Positions 1-12,704 of a DNA stretch of 64,000 bases are shown one piece after another. The notes below the pieces were generated by a model. The model searched no databases. It had not been told where the DNA came from and was given only the letters and a program-made list of their open reading frames with translations. Made by a program: the position numbers and the translations under genes. The DNA is from Haliotis rufescens. Its lineage: Eukaryota. Each line of letters begins with the position of its first letter. The first letter of the stretch is position 1. Location of the stretch: contig NW_025964112.1 in assembly GCF_023055435.1 (NCBI RefSeq), positions 32,178,001-32,242,000 on the forward strand, in the 5' to 3' direction.

Positions 1-1535
1 CATTAGCAATCCATGAGTCTTGAGTGCTCAGGTTTATAATACATAATATTTGCTCATTTCAAGTATATATAACCTGAAGAGTATACTTGTATGTATTTTG
101 ATGGTCCACTGAACTGTAGCCTATATGGACTTGCGTGGTTCACTCTTCAAGAACATAATTTTGTATTCCCTTTATTACTACATAGACTGCAACTCACAAA
201 GACGTACACAACGTGAAGAAGGAATGGTAATAGAAAGTAAAAGTATACTTCCATGTAAAAAATAGAATTCATTTTCAATATGTAAGATACAAACACTTGG
301 TTCTTAGTCGGTATGAAAACGAGGGGATGTCTTGTCACGCAGCAGTCAGCAATATTTGAGCTGTATCACGTTCGTCTGTCAACTGTCGAGTGGACAGCGC
401 AGGCAACAAACTATTCCGCCGGGGTACAAATACATACATTCAACCAATCTTCATTTTTAGTAGGATCTTACGTCTAATGTGAAGTATTTGGACCTATTCT
501 GCCCAGGCATCCTTATGGCGTAGTCGTGATGAATTTGAGTACCCACTCATTGATAATTAACAGGATATACCATATATACATACACAACCCAAGACCAACA
601 TAGTATTTCAAGTACTTCAACGTCACAAACATTGCGATCCGTATACATAACGTATACATAAGAAATACATTCCCCCATGTACAAAACGCCAAGTTAAAGT
701 AAAACACTTGACATGCATTCCGTTAATAAGTGCGACTGTAAATATAATTTATGTTAAAGTAGAAACGGGTACATGAAAATAGCAATAGGATATACATTGG
801 GCTTTCTGTTTCTGCTATACCTACACGTAGGGCATGGTCCGCTCACCTCGATGGCCACGCTGTAAGCGGTCTGGTCGACTGAACACCGACCCTTCTCGTT
901 TATTCTGTGTAAGTGGCACCAGCCATGCTCATCCTTCTTAACATTAACGATCAAAACACATCTTTCCCCGACCTCAGAAACCACACAGAACAAGGAAATG
1001 TAATCACACGCCTACACTTAACATACAAATAGCTGTCAAATATAGGATTTTTTCTTTGGGTTAAACGAAGCAATCGTTTCTCATTCAAGTCGCCACCGAC
1101 GCTTGTCTATTGGCAACGGACTGTCTGTGGGGACATAGAGCAGGAACGTCTTCCAAATAGATCCTTACTATCAAACTGCGATCTATCATACAAGTCATGC
1201 TGTGTGGTACGTGGCTAGGAATGCTTGTCTTCATTGTCGTTAGCGTCCACTGCTGCACACAGCTAGAGAAAACACTGAAGCAATTGAATACATTTGTAGG
1301 GTGGCGGAGTGGACTGAAGATCGTTTATTGCTCATTGTTACTAGGTTTACACGCTTTTGATTAGAACCACGATAGAAAATCAACAACACTGTTGATTATA
1401 TCAATGAAGAATACATGTCAAGAGACCGCAGATAATATTAGTTCTCTTATATGTCGCCTCTTTTATTAAGCACTACCTAAAACGTCTTCACCGACTTTAC
1501 CCTAGCAACCAAACAAATTCTTGATTGAGGATGCA

Positions 1536-1730
1536 TATACATCATACATCATACGTCATACATCATACATCATACGTCATACATCATACATCATACATCA
1601 TACGTCATACATCATACATCATACATCATACATCATACGTCATACATCATACGTCATACATCATACATCATACATCATACGTCATACATCATACATCATA
1701 CATCATACATCATACATCATACGTCATACA
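1536..1730. repeat. 7-bp tandem repeat (CATACAT/CATACGT)n
   Basis: Directly visible array; explains the HTSYII ORFs at 1521-1835. Confidence 0.95.
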
Positions 1731-4199
1731 TGCACTTGTGACATGCTGGATATGTGGTGGAAGATGGAGTTAAACAAAGTTAGTCTTAACAGAAACAGGC
1801 AGAGAATGCGACGTAGAGTTAGACTTACGGCATAGCCATTTTTGTCTCACATGTGTATTTTCACTGAATGTTGTGTAATTCATAATGAAATTGTTCTCTT
1901 TTGAAAAGAAATAAAAAAAACTGCTGTTACATAACTAATATTGGTCAATGATACATACAAAATATGAATATTACTTCTTATATGTGCATTATTTATAAAA
2001 GTATACTTTACCTTATATAATTTAAGAACATATAGCTATACCTATCTCTCAGTAAAGGGTGGCCCTGTAACTTTTCTGTAGAGACACACTGTATGGAAGC
2101 CGACTATTACACGCTACTATACCCGTACGGCTATTTGAGCAAGGGGGAAATATCTTGAGAAGAAGATGCTGAAATATAACATTAAACGACGTATTGATTT
2201 AATTGTGCGTAAACCACTGTATCACCTTCAAACAAACGAAATGAATGCCCCACTGAGTATTCAGTCCATACCTTAATGTAAAAAACAAGACTAAGGTGAT
2301 TGCGTGCATGGTAAAGTTCAGTTAGTCTAATGTACAGGCGTGTTCACGGGAACCTATATATGTTTCCTGCCCATTAATAAACTGTACACTCACTGAATTA
2401 ATTCTGCAGGTATATCCTTTGGTCGGAAGCGATGCTGGAAATAACAAACAACCAAAACAACTCAATGCGCAGTGATACTAAATACGAACGTGTCAACATT
2501 CGACGACCTAACATTGGTTTACAGAGTAACGACATGTCGGACGGACCCGACATCAGCAGCCTTGCCGTTGTAGCAGGCGGGAGGTTCTCTCTGTTCATCA
2601 ACTGACATTTACACGCTGAGTATTTCTGGCCTGAAGAATGATTGCCGCCTAGTAGAACATCAGAGTTAGATCTAATCGATCACATCACGAGCAGGCCCAG
2701 CTTGGGCGAGAACATCGTAGCGAGCGCGGAAGAGAAAAACCCGTCTCAGTGGAATGGAATTAGGTGTGCAAAAGGACTTACGTGATTTGACAGCTCCTGA
2801 CGTAAAATAGCCCCCAAGAAAGATTTTCTGTGCAGGTAAGATATTTAATATGTCTTAGTTAAGACGTTGAAAAACTTTATTCTCACTGAGCGCTCTTATG
2901 TTTTGTAAGCATTGTTTGAGTTTAATTAGTTTCTCACGAGTTCCGATCAGATGTAAGTTGTGAACAGTGTTTTTATCATTTTAACAAATAGAAGGGAAAA
3001 TTACGGCACATTGTTGCAGACTACTATTTGAATAGTTGTTCATGTGTATACTACACTAGCATGTGTATATATGAACTATTTCAAATTTGAGCAGAATTCT
3101 TAGGCTAAGGACTGTAGCATATTTGAGTTATTGTAAATTTACCAGAAGAATAGAAGTTGTATGCAAGCTCCACATCGTTGCCTCAATGGGTGAGAAGTGA
3201 GTTTGACTCTATCTTCGGAACTTGTCGACATTATGTTTGTTATTCATGTCACTAATGTGGAATATGAATTGAAACACTTGGCATATGTCTTATTGTTGGA
3301 ATGAATAAGAGAAGTGAAACGTCACTACTTCAACATATTTCTACTTAGATAATGTTTGTTATTCGTTATTTACAAGCCACACAACACAGAGTTTGATATA
3401 GACGACAAAACAAGGTGATACATGTGTCTTCAGAATACAAAGGAGCTCATTGTGTCGAAGAATCAACATCACTTGCCTTGCCCTTTTCGACTTGTTCAGA
3501 TAATAGATAAAAGTATTAGATCAGCAAACATTACGTGGCCATATCTACATGCCTCTTTGTTATCACAATCTTACTTCCAATGAAAAGGGTACGTCACACG
3601 ACAATAAGTATTAAACTGACTCGTGATAATGTCTCATGTCTCGAATTCTTGGTATCTCTGTTCGAGATAATGGGATCTAACTAGATAAAGGTTCATGTCT
3701 GAACGCTGTATATTTGGCGTCTGTTCATTTATTCAAAATTAAAAGGTAGAAACTTTTTCCGAATGATAATAATTCTACTATGAAAAAAGTGGCAGGTGCG
3801 GCTGTCGAATGCAAAATAAAACGTAAAATGGTGACACGGTGGTATGCATTCCTAAAATCCTTGAAATTTCACAAGATATGTAATTGATGTTTTTATTGTA
3901 AATAGTAGAGCTGTAGAAAGTAAACTGCATTTAAGTAATTAGTTGAATATAATAATCAAGTCTAAATGCCACTGTTCGTCTTCTGATAGAAAATAGACAG
4001 AACGTGGACAAACCCTTTTGAATGAAGGCATTTGTGTGCCATCATCAGTATCTGACTTTAATAACTCGGGGTAACACTGTGACGTCCTTGATATTACGAT
4101 AGATATGTTCAGGTCTACACATAGGTTATACTTTGTTTCTATCTTTCTAAGCCTGACTAACTTTCATTGTTCATTGCAAGTGTATTTGGTTTGTTGAGG

Positions 4200-4967
4200 C
4201 CGTTTGTATATTAGTGACAGTCAGTTGAACGTGATTGGGGTCCAAATGGATACAGAAATAGAAAAGAACGAGTGCCGAGCCAGTCATCAAGTTTTTCACT
4301 TTAAAAAAAGTACTCCCCAAGAAATTCATGGCCGCATGTGTATTAGGATAAGTGCTATAGCTATTCCACTATTAAACGTTGGGTAGCTTTGTTTAAGGCT
4401 GGGAGAACAAGCCTTTATCACATCATGATGACCCTAATTCTGGACGTCCCTCAACTTCCATCGATGAAGATTTAATCAAGGAGATAGAAAAACTTATACT
4501 ATCAGATAGACGTATTACCATTGCTCTGCTGATTTCCTTCATCGCATGAGATATTCTATCAAACAAAAGTGGCGAAGAATGTTGACTACTGGAGTCTCAC
4601 TACTTCATGACAATGCCTCTTCTCACACCTTGCAAATGCAGTTGTGCGACAACGTGGGTTCGAAGTGCTTCCCTTCTCTCCATATTTGCCAGACCTGGCA
4701 CAAAGTGATTTCGATCTGTTTCCTTAACTGAAAGAACACCTTCGTGGAAAGCGCTGTGACGAAAAGATGACCTCAAAGCTGCCGTGAATTTTTATTGCAG
4801 GGTGACTTAAGGAAACTTCTTCCTGACTGGAACTGAAAAGCTTCACTATCGATATGCGAAGTGTATTGAAAAACAGGGAGATTATGTTAAAAACTAAAAT
4901 TTAAAATCACTTTCACAATTGTTGGTTTTGTTTGTTAGGCTTAGAGCTTTTTGGCCATCTTTCGTAT
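4200..4967 (+). mobile_element. Degenerate mariner (DD34D-type) transposon remnant
   Basis: Broken frames give EKNECRA.., DDPNSGRPSTSIDEDLIKEIEKLILSDRRITI, LLHDNASSHT, PYLPDLAQSDFDLFP*LKEHLRGKR and CIEKQGDYVKN*; internal deletion; eroded TIR-like end ..tttcgta near 4965. Confidence 0.85.
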
Positions 4968-5097
4968 ATCTAAGCCATTGGCTTCACCTACGCTATCGCA
5001 CGACCATTCGTTTAAATAGATGTGTGATATACACAAACCTTTGAGTAGGGTGTATGCTAAATTACTACCGACAATCAGTCCCAGTTCATTGACCTTT

Positions 5098-5263
5098 GGG
5101 GGCGGTGGAGTAGCCTAGTAGCTTAAGCGTCCGCTTGTCACTTCGAAGATCCGAGTTCGATTCCCCACATGGGTACAATATGTGAAGTCCATATCTGGTG
5201 TCCCCCGCCGTGATTTTACTGGAGTTTGCTAAATGTGCTGTAAAACCATACTCACTTACTCAC
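5098..5263 (+). mobile_element. tRNA-derived SINE, family A copy 1
   Basis: A-box-like gtagcctagtag, B-box gagttcgattccc, (CACT)n tail; flanked by TSD tcattgaccttt (5086-5097 and from 5264); paralog at 49891. Confidence 0.9.
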
Positions 5264-5739
5264 TCATTGACCTTTGTAATGAAAGAATTTGCATCGGCAA
5301 TTATATATCACACTGTAAGGAATCGTGTGTGTCATTACACCCACAAGAACCTCAAGCCATTATTTCTATGACGTTGCTCAGGGCGGAATAGTTACAGTAT
5401 GTCATCACGCTGTTGCAGTAATGGTATTAAGTGGAACGTCCTTGAAATGCTGTGACAACATTTTGACTACATTGAATGCTGCGACAACGAGCAGTCATAC
5501 TAGTGGGTGATGGCATGAGCATCGATTCACGACATTAGAACACAATGACACTTTTAATATTCCACTCAAAAGTGAGTACGTGAGGTGTTCCCGGATGGTG
5601 AACACCTAGACATCTCGTCAGTCTTCTTGTATAATCCAAACAAGTGGTGATTACGTATCGTTAACACCTGGCCATAACATTAGCCATCTTGTACACCACC
5701 GGCAAGCGGTGATTACATATAGTGAACACCTATGTGTGT

Positions 5740-6508
5740 ATGTATTTCCCATGCTTACAGGCTGCCTTCTAACCAAATACACAACCAGGCGGAATATTTC
5801 TGAGGAATTCATGGTGACTAGGTATTCCGTGTGCACACCAACAGCCATCCATGCTGACATGCTGTCAACTTTAGGGGATGAGGCTCCTTTGTCATTGTTT
5901 AGAGGTGTTGGCAGGCTCATCATCTTTCGTGAAAATTTACGTCGTGTTGAGCGATTTGTATCTTTGAGTGTGTCTTGGGTTCATCAGAGACTAAACACCA
6001 GGGAGTGGAGCATCCAAAGTCTCAGAAGAAGAAGCAGCAAAGTATGTTACGTCAGCTGACATGGGGATGGCTTTGGTTTTCTATGATTCCTTAGGAATCC
6101 GACTGGCGAACCACCTCTAAAAAGATCGGACCATATAATGGCCAATATTTATGCTTATCTGCTTAGGCAACTGCGTGAGAATATCAAGGCTAAACTCACC
6201 GAAGCTGTGTTGTTGTACCAGGACAAAACACATGCGCACAAATTTGTTGTCGTCATTAACTTGAATTGGCATTTCAAATTTGTCACCTCTTCCCAAAATT
6301 GACGAAAGAACCGCCTGGTAAGCATTATGCTTGGAGGAGTTCTTACTCCACAAGGAGGAAACCTTCAAAACCAGTGCGATCTAGACGCTCCAGTGTCGTT
6401 GGCAGAAGAGTGTGGATATCAGTGGGGAATATCTTGAAATATACTCAAGTATCAACTCAGCGCAGTCCGTCATAGTAAGGCTCAGATTTCTTCGCCACCC
6501 CTCGTAGT
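5740..6508 (+). mobile_element. Highly degenerate mariner remnant
   Basis: Fragments resembling mariner motifs (FYDSLGI.., vllyqDk.., C-terminal ggggaatatcttgaaa) and a mariner-type TIR end cccctcgta at ~6499-6507. Confidence 0.55.
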
Positions 6509-6767
6509 ATATTGTTACATAGTCACACATTAGGTAAGTTATCACTGCTCTACCTAACCTATTGTTTAATATAAGTTCCACTGAAAATTGAACATATTTT
6601 CACATACATTTACAAACATGTTTAAATTTCATTGATGTTAATGTCTTGATATTCCAATAAGGAGGGGGTATCGTAAGTTGGTCACTATTGTTCAATCCAA
6701 TTATGTTCTGTAAACAAAATATGTTGGAACTAAACTAACCTAGTGCAAATAAAACATCATGTAAATA

Positions 6768-8334
6768 TACTACTCAAAATTTGATAAGGATCGTAGATAT
6801 TTTTCTTAATAAAAAAACAAAATAACTGCATAACTGGCAATATTGTGTTCAAGTGAAATCAAAAACGTCTCCAACACACTTGCACGTGCATTTCATGCCA
6901 TGGGAAATGCGTTTCACATCACAGTTCATGCTTTTGCTACCATTGCACGATTTCCAATCAGGCAACGATGTCTGATTCATTCTGAAACTTTAAACTCAAT
7001 TGAGTGTTTACACTACGTTTATCTACGCAATGCCCCCTCAACGTGTAAGGCGTCGCCTGACGACAGAACAACTGGGCAGATGTATTGGAATGCTTGATGC
7101 TGGCTATTCACAACGTGACGTTGCCAATGCACTAAACGTCAGCCAGAGCGTTGTAAGCAGGGCCTGGTCCCGACAGCAAAATTTTGGTACAGCAGCACAC
7201 CGACATGTGGGTGGTCGTCAGAGGTCGACAACCCAACGCCAAGATAATTTTGTGGCTCTTCAGGCACGACGTCATCCCTTCTGGACAGCAACCAGCCTAC
7301 GTAACGACCTCCTGAACGCCTCGGGGGTGAATGTGTCCACTCAGACGATACAGAATCGTCTTCACAATGCAGGTCTCTTCTCGAGAAGGGCATGTGTCCG
7401 AATCCCCCTGACTGTTCGACACCGGCGGGAGCGATTGGAATGGGCTGAAGATCATGTCACTTGGACACGGAACGATTGGGTTCCAGTTCTGTTCACCGAT
7501 GAGTCCAGGTATTGTTTGGACTTTACAGACAGGAGGCAGCGGGTGTGGCGACGACAAGGTGAACGTTTCCATGATGCCAAAATCAGTGAACATGACCGTT
7601 ATGGTGGTGGTTCCATTATGGTCTGGGGTGGAATCAACAGAGATGGAAGGACATATCTTCATGTCCTGGAGAGAGGAACAATGACGGGGGTGAGGTACCG
7701 GGATGAGATCCTCGATGTGTACGTCAGACCCTACGCTGGTGCTGTTGGCCCTGAGTTCATCCTGATAGATGATAACGCCCGTCCTCATCGCGCCAGGGTG
7801 GTTGAGCAGTACCTTGAGCAGGAGACAATTGTCCGCATGGATTGGCCAGCGCGCTCGCCGGACTTGAACCCGATTGAGCATGTCTGGAACATGCTGCAGG
7901 TTGCCCTTTCACGCCGTAGAGCACAACCCACGACTTTGGCAGAGCTCGGACATGCCCTCGTGGAAGAGTGGAACAACCTTCCCATTGGGAACATCCGGGT
8001 GCTTATTGACAGCATATCTCGACGTTGTCAGGCCGTCATTGATGCAAGGGGAGGTCATACTCAATATTGACACTTCATCGACTAAGTGTAATGATGGACT
8101 ATCCCTCATAACTGTGTAATTCTTTCTCTTGTTTGCTGTTAACATTTTTTAATGAAATGCCTTTTGGTGTTTGCAGATTTCAAACATTCCATATTGATAC
8201 AAGTTCATGCCGTTCATGCATTTTCATTCATAACATGATTAAACACGTTTCTGAGTCAGAGTCATGTCTTTTGTTATGTTTGTGGTAACTTACACACATA
8301 TCACCTAGTGATCCTTATCAAATTTTGAGTAGTA
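6768..8334 (+). mobile_element. Full-length Tc1-family DNA transposon
   Basis: Perfect 25-bp TIRs tactactcaaaatttgataaggatc (6768-6792) and gatccttatcaaattttgagtagta (8310-8334), TA on both flanks (boundary ambiguous by 2 bp), one intact transposase ORF. Confidence 0.97.
7030..8070 (+). CDS. Tc1 transposase, DD34E, 346 aa, intact
   Basis: ATG at 7030 (MPPQRVRR..); paired-like HTH (YSQRDVANALNVSQSVVSR), FTDESR, GGGSIMVWGGI, DDNARPH, WPARSPDLNPIEHVW; 34 residues between second D and E. Confidence 0.96.
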   Translation: MPPQRVRRRLTTEQLGRCIGMLDAGYSQRDVANALNVSQSVVSRAWSRQQNFGTAAHRHVGGRQRSTTQRQDNFVALQARRHPFWTATSLRNDLLNASGVNVSTQTIQNRLHNAGLFSRRACVRIPLTVRHRRERLEWAEDHVTWTRNDWVPVLFTDESRYCLDFTDRRQRVWRRQGERFHDAKISEHDRYGGGSIMVWGGINRDGRTYLHVLERGTMTGVRYRDEILDVYVRPYAGAVGPEFILIDDNARPHRARVVEQYLEQETIVRMDWPARSPDLNPIEHVWNMLQVALSRRRAQPTTLAELGHALVEEWNNLPIGNIRVLIDSISRRCQAVIDARGGHTQY

Positions 8335-8344
8335 TATATATAAA

Positions 8345-9420
8345 GGACAGAACCCTTACCATAATCATAGGAAATATTTGCGAAAAGCAGAGTCAATTTT
8401 ACGATTCCGACTATATCCTAAGGATTCTGTAATCAGAATCACTATCAGTGATAACTATGAATGCAGGTGTTCGCGGACAGGTGAGCGTGTCCTGCCCAAA
8501 GGTGGCAAAACACAAACAAATGTTATGTCAAATGTTTATCCGAAAAAATAACACCCGGGAACACAGGTTACAAGTCAAAACAGGGAACTGTATCTGACAT
8601 CATTTCGGTCGATGATGCGTCACATTTGGAAATGTCCTCCACTTGTCTGCCAATAAACACTTTGAAAGATTCACTTAGGCCTGGACTGTTGTTACCCAAA
8701 TCAAATAACTTTTGAGCAACTATTTAAAATCTTCGTAGAAAGACCAAGCTCAATGAAGATCGAAAGTTTGGAAATGTCGAGCTGCTAGAATGTTGCTCGA
8801 CATAAATGGAAAGTTGACTATTGGAATATTGAAATCTTGTCTCTTGTCCCACGGACTTGTGGGTACTAGTTTTGTGTTACTCTGAATATTTATGGGTAAA
8901 TCTAAGTGTGAAACAGATGAGGCATTTTCACTGGTCTGTTTTATCTCAAACTCTGTGAGAGAATCAGTTCAGGGCAATTGGCTATTTGAAATATATCATA
9001 TCATCGACATACGCGAGGCTTAAGTTCAACTTCTTGGTTAAATTCCCTTCTTTACCTGACTTGAAAACAGAAAGTGACAGCAGGGCAGCACAGTTGGTGC
9101 CCATGACCATGCCTACTTCCTACCTAAATGTGTTATCTCCAAACTTAACATACATGTTATCAATAAGAAAGTCCAGTTTTGCACATATTGTTTTCTCAGA
9201 TTTTTTGTCTGGCATAATGATATCTGCGATAAAGCCGGATAGACCCGTGATCGTTCGACAAAATATGTTTAGGGAAGTTGCTATGTAGATATTCACGCCG
9301 ACTTGCTACTGTCCATATGTGATGTGAAACAAACGGAAACTTGTTTAAATGGTATTTCAATATCAATAGGAGATATGTATTTACTACATTATTTATTTCG
9401 AAAGTTGTCATTACTATTTT
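8345..9420 (-). mobile_element. Penelope-like retroelement RT remnant (copy 1)
   Basis: Minus strand reads EVGMVMGTNCAA, NLSLAYVDDMIYF, DKRQDFNIPIVNFPFMSSNI and ends MMSDTVPCFDL*; frameshifted. Confidence 0.85.
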
Positions 9421-9504
9421 ATCAGTGACTGGCCTCAGATTAGGGATTGTTAAATATATTTATCAGTGGAGCCTCGAGACTTAAAGAGACAGGCCTCAGA
9501 TTAG

Positions 9505-9882
9505 GCAGCTTTATGTTATATCACGACGTGTCTGCCTAATGTTGGAGGAAACGTAGGCCGTACACGTTTACCACTTTGGTGTAACACGCAGGCTGGTATT
9601 GTGCTGATAGGTCAAGGATAAAAATAGTAGCGAATCTCGTATTCAGACTTAAGTATTGCGGATCCGGTCACGGCAAAGGGGCGGAACAAGACTTTTAGCG
9701 TTCCTCAGCTGTGCGTTGTCCTTTGACCGTGCGAATCCCATATTCGCCCTGGTTATGATCGTTGGTCTGTCGGCACCAAACCCGTGCTCATCGATCTCTT
9801 AAATCTTCTTCCTCCCATAACAATTTGACCCGCCGATATATAACTAAATGTGCCAAGCTGCGTCAAGCCCAATTCACCCACT
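9505..9882. mobile_element. Two decayed SINE family B copies in head-to-head orientation
   Basis: cgtttaccactttggtg block (minus copy, as at 56980-56996) then gaatcccatattcgccctg..gccgatatataact..cacccact (plus copy, as at 61068-61086). Confidence 0.6.
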
Positions 9883-10388
9883 GATCGTCCTGTACGAGCA
9901 CCTTACAGTGAGAGCTCTTTCTCTATGCGTTCTTCGCCATGTGAAGGTTTCACTCGCAGGTATGTACGCAGGAGTTTCCAGCTATATGGCCGGGGCCATT
10001 AGGATTTCAACACCTCCCTGGAACCCAAAACTCTCTTTGTTATTTCAGTGCAGCAGGAAGGCTATTCTCCAGGCATTATGTGTTTGTACCATCAACATCG
10101 TGAAGGTGAACAACCTTAAGTTGGGGTAGTTCATTTAATTCCTTAGCAGCGAATATTGTTGTGCTTGTTTTACTGAAATAATTATATAACATTGAAGGTT
10201 ATGGGTTTTCCAGATTGTGGCGTATGCATCTAGATCGTTGATTGTTTGACAGATCATGAATAAAGTTTGTTTTTTCTGAATGTAATGGGACGGTAAATGA
10301 AGCTTATTGGTAATACCTTCTTTCAATGTGTTTTTTTTTCCAAAACGCTATATGCTCAAGCAATTGTATGTCAAGATATATGTCTGAT

Positions 10389-10620
10389 TCGTGACTTGAT
10401 GGTGTGCATAATTTGTTCCTTTGTTGTTACTTTATTGTGTTGGAGGTGTTATTACATGAGCTTAACTCGTGACTTGATGGTGTGAATAATTTGTTCCTTT
10501 CTTGTTACTTTATTGTGTTGGAGGTGTTATTACATGAGCTTAACTCGTGACTTGATGGTGTGCATAATTTGTTCCTTTCTTGTTACTTTATTGTGTTGGA
10601 GGTGTTATTACATGAGCTTA
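10389..10620. repeat. 78-bp tandem repeat x3
   Basis: tcgtgacttgatggtgtg.. recurs at 10389, 10467 and 10545. Confidence 0.93.
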
Positions 10621-10654
10621 GCTCCAGTGGAGGAATAGGCGTCTATGAAGGAGT

Positions 10655-11678
10655 TATAAGTGAAGGAGCAGTAATCAGGGTATGAAGGTTATCAGTGAAG
10701 TAGCAGTAATCAGGGTATGAAGTGCTATAAGTGGAGAAGCAGTAATCAGGGTATTAAGGTTTAAGTGAAGTAGCAGTAATCAGGGCATTAAGGGTAATTA
10801 GTGAAGTAGCAGTAATCAGGGTATGAAGGTCATTAGTGAAGTAGCAGTAATCAGGGTATGAAGGTTATTAGTGAAGTAGCAGTGATCAGGGTATGAAGGG
10901 TTATAAGTGAAGTAGCAGTAATCAGGGTATGAAGGTTATTAGTGAAGTAGCAGTAATCAGGGTATGAAGGGTTATTAGTGAAGTAGCAGTAATCAGGGCA
11001 TAAAGGTAATTAGTGAAGCAGCAGTGATCAGGGTATGAAGGGTTATAAGTGAAGTAGCAGTAATCAGGGTATGAAGGTTATAAGTGAAGTAGCAGTAATC
11101 AGGGTATGAAGGGTTATAAGTGAAGTAGCAGTAATCAGGGTATGAAGGGTTATTAGTGAAGTAGCAGTAATCAGGGCATGAAGGTAATTAGTGAAGTAGC
11201 AGTGATCAGGGTATGAAGGGTTATAAGTGAAGTAGCAGTAATCAGGGTATGAAGGGTTATTAGTGAAGTAGCAGTAATCAGGGTATGAAGTGTTATTAGT
11301 GAAGTAGCAGTGATCAGGGTATGAAGGGTTATAAGTGAAGTAGCAGTAATCGGGGTCTGAAGGTTATAATTGAAGTAGCAGTAATCAGGGTATGAAGGGT
11401 TATTAGCTAAGTAGCAGTAATCAGGGTATGAAGGGTTATAAGTGAAGTAGCAGTAATCAGGGTATGAAAGGTTATTAATGAAGTAGCATTAACAGGGTAT
11501 GAAGGGTTATTAGTGAAGTAGCACTAATTAGGGTATGAAGGTTTAAGTGAGGTAGCTGTAATCAGGGTATGAAGGGTTATAAGGGAAGTAGCAGTACATC
11601 AGGGTATGAAGGATTATTAGTGAAGTAGCAGTAATCAGGGTATGAAGGTTATAAGTGAAGTAGCAGTACATTAGGGTA
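10655..11678. repeat. 35-36-bp minisatellite
   Basis: Unit agtgaagtagcagtaatcagggtatgaa(g)ggttatt. Confidence 0.96.
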
Positions 11679-12704
11679 TTGTTTTTATTTGCTTTGTCGG
11701 GTTACCGTGGCTACTTGCTTTGTCGGGTTACCGTTTTTATTTGCATTGTCGGGTTACCGTGGCGACTTGTGTTGTCGGTTACCGTGGCTATTGGCGTTGT
11801 CAGGTTACCGTGGCTACTTGCTTTGTCGAGTTACTGTGGCTTCAAACGTTGTCGGGTTACCGTTTCTACTTGCGTTGTCGGGTTACCGTTTCTACCTGCT
11901 TTGTCGGGTTACCGTTTTTGTTTGCGTTGTCGGGTTACTGTGGCGACTTGTGTTGTCGGTTACCGTGGCTATTGACGTTGTCAGGTTACCGTGGCTACTT
12001 ACTTTGTCGGGTTACCGTTTCTACTTGCTTTGTCGGGTTACCGTTTCTATTTGCGTTGTCGGGTTACCGTGGCTACTTGCGTTGTCGGGTTATCGTGGCT
12101 ACTTGCATTGTCGGGTTACCGTGGCTACTTGTGTTGTCGGGTTATCGTGGCTACTCACGATGTCAGGTTACCGTTTTTACTTGTGTTGTCAGATTACCGT
12201 TTTTACTTTCGTTGTGGGGTTCCCCAGGCTACTTGTGTTGTCGGGTTATCGTGGCTACTCACGTTGTCGGGTTACCGTTTCTACTTTCGTTGTGGGGTTA
12301 CCGTGGCTACTTGTGTTGTCGGGTTATCGTGGCTACTCACGTTGTCAGGTTACCGTTTCTACTTGTGTTGTCAGGTTACCGTTTCCTCTTGCGTTGTCGG
12401 GTTACCATGGCTACTCACGTTGTCGGGTTACCGTTTCTACTTTCGTTGTGGGGGAACCGTGGCTATTTGCGTTGTCGGGTTACCTTTTCTTCTTGCATTT
12501 TCGAGATACCGTGGCTACTTGCGTTGTCTGGTTACCGTGGCTACTTGCGTTGTCTGGTTACCGTGGCTACTTGCGTTGTCGGGTTACCGTGGCTACTTGT
12601 ATTCACGGTTATTGTTACTGTTTACATTGATGGGTTAGTGTTGCTACAAGTGTATACGGGTTAGTATTTCTATCTGCGTTGACCGGTTATCGTTGCTACT
12701 TTCG
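11679..12704. repeat. 26-bp minisatellite, variant-rich
   Basis: Unit gttgtcgggttaccgt(gg/tt)ctacttgc; produces the spurious LSGYRG ORFs. Confidence 0.96.

Noticed and set aside
754-993. Cys-containing minus-strand ORF, possible exon
   Set aside because: No recognisable domain and no convincing acceptor or partner exon
7139-8145. Antisense and alternate-frame ORFs over the Tc1 transposase
   Set aside because: Shadows of the GC-richer coding strand
11679-12664. 313-314-aa Cys/Val-rich ORFs
   Set aside because: Open in all three frames because of a stop-poor 26-bp repeat; not protein-coding evidence
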